A DNA stretch of 64,000 nt from the NCBI GenBank assembly GCA_951406725.2, contig OX597831.1, positions 14,198,001 through 14,262,000 on the forward strand, written 5' to 3'. Source of the DNA: Octopus vulgaris (lineage: Eukaryota). Position 1 is the stretch's first letter; each line of letters starts with the position of its first letter. Below, in pieces: positions 62,406 to 64,000 of the stretch. The notes under the pieces were generated by a model. It ran no database searches. It was not told where the DNA came from and saw only the letters and a list, made by a program, of their open reading frames with translations. Made by a program: the position numbers and the translations under genes.

Positions 62406-64000
62406 TTCGTTTCAGCACACGATCTCAGATCAAATCACTTGCTATGCGAGTACATCTCCCTATATATATATATGTATATTATAGTAAGTGTAGCACCTAC
62501 TGAATGTGTTGAGGGCACATCTGATTTGTCCTCCCACCCCTGTTCACACACACACTCACACACATACACATGCACACATTGCACAGAGCCGGACAGCTTG
62601 GACATCTCTGGGTTGTCAAGATGTTAGTTTTAGGTTGAGTAGCTTTGCTACTTCCTGTATAGCAATCTCTGGACGTGGGTTTGGTGGAGCTCTGTCTGTG
62701 TGTATGTGTGTGTGTGTGTGTGTCTCCAAGTTGTCACCCTGCCGGCTCCCCCCACCCCTACCCCAACGTCCTCCCTAACCCCTCACCTTTATGTGACATG
62801 GCTGACAAGTGCAGTGTGTTTATAGGAGGGTCGAGTGTTCTGGTGCTATGTTTAGACATGAGGGCAAATGTTTATGTCTACATGTGTGTGTGTGTGTGTG
62901 TGCTTACATCTGTGTATGTATGCGTGTATGAATTTAGATGTATGTGTGTAGATGTATTTATGTATGTATGTATGCGTATGTGTGTATATATGTTTGTATG
63001 TATGTATGTATCTGAGCAAGCTCGACCAGATGGTGATGTTTGTGTGTTTGTGTGTATGCATGTATGTTGGTGTGTGTGTGTGTGTTTCAACATCTTGTAT
63101 GGTTACGTGTATGCGTGTGATATAAAGAAGCTAGTTAGTGCCCGCACATAATTAACAATACACAGACACACTCACACACGCACACACATACTCATACATA
63201 TACATACATACACATATACACACATGCACACTCATAACCTTTTATATCTCTTATCTTCTTCCCCCCCACTCACACATCTGCACATCATAGTTTTCCTCTT
63301 CTCTTTCTTCCTCAAGCACCCCACCCCTGTCTCTCTAAATCTCTCCACGCACTACACACACACACACACACATGCCACCATCTTGTTATCTCCGCAATGA
63401 AACACCAGAAGCTTTTGGAGATAAGTAAAAAGAGTGTCTACATGGTCATTTGAAATCCTAAAAATAGCTGCCACAAACTCCCTCGAATAACACCCTACCA
63501 TCTCAAGAAACAGCGATAGGTTGCATAATACAGTCACAATACAGTCATAATATAGCATGTGGTGATCGTGGTTGGAACGTCTTTGATCATAGGTCTGTTT
63601 AATAAAGGCTGGACCTGGGGTTAAACAACAAAAGTTGTAACAACATCCAGGGTTCAGTTGACACAGCATGTGAAACCTAATCTGAAATCCGCAGGTTTTA
63701 GTCCCTCCCTTCAAGCATATGTTCTTCAAAGGCGGTACCCCAGCATGGCCACACTCTCTAGCTGAAACCAGTAAAAATAAAAGAAATAAGAATGTGGTTG
63801 AGTATTTCTCAGTCACATCATCATCATCGTCATCATCATTTAACATCTGTTTTTCTTGCTGGCATGAGTTGGAAAGTTTGGCAGGAGCTGGGGTTCTTCA
63901 TGTAGTCTTTTGACTGAATTGGTGTGAAAACAGGGCGTGACAAAGGTGGACCTCTGAGTTATGAGTACAATTGAGGTGCAGGTATGGTTGTGTGGTTAGG

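Overview
Eukaryotic, AT-rich, extremely repeat-dense DNA. It is most likely from an octopus (coleoid cephalopod), inferred from the tRNA-headed SINE families and the density of (TA)n/(CA)n/(GA)n/(TAA)n/(GAT)n microsatellites. No host protein-coding gene can be supported, and almost all ORFs in the track are microsatellite or SINE artefacts. All real coding remnants are transposon-derived: a near-full-length R4/Dong-clade LINE (~32617-36240, minus) and a second Dong 3' fragment, both in (TAA)n tracts; two CR1-like fragments; an RTE fragment; a mariner remnant; and a Penelope-like (PLE) GIY-YIG endonuclease remnant. Also present are at least five SINE-type families, Tc1/mariner, hAT and piggyBac-type MITEs, a small Helitron, a probable solo LTR and a tRNA-Thr(TGT) pseudogene. 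The most notable hidden structure is about a dozen minimal type-I hammerhead-ribozyme (HHR)-like motifs from several different short elements, nearly all in or next to (TA)n tracts and often with inverted duplications. One ~190-200 bp family with fixed ends carries a consistent non-canonical core (CUGU[A/U]GA). All coordinates and foldings were read by eye and need computational confirmation.
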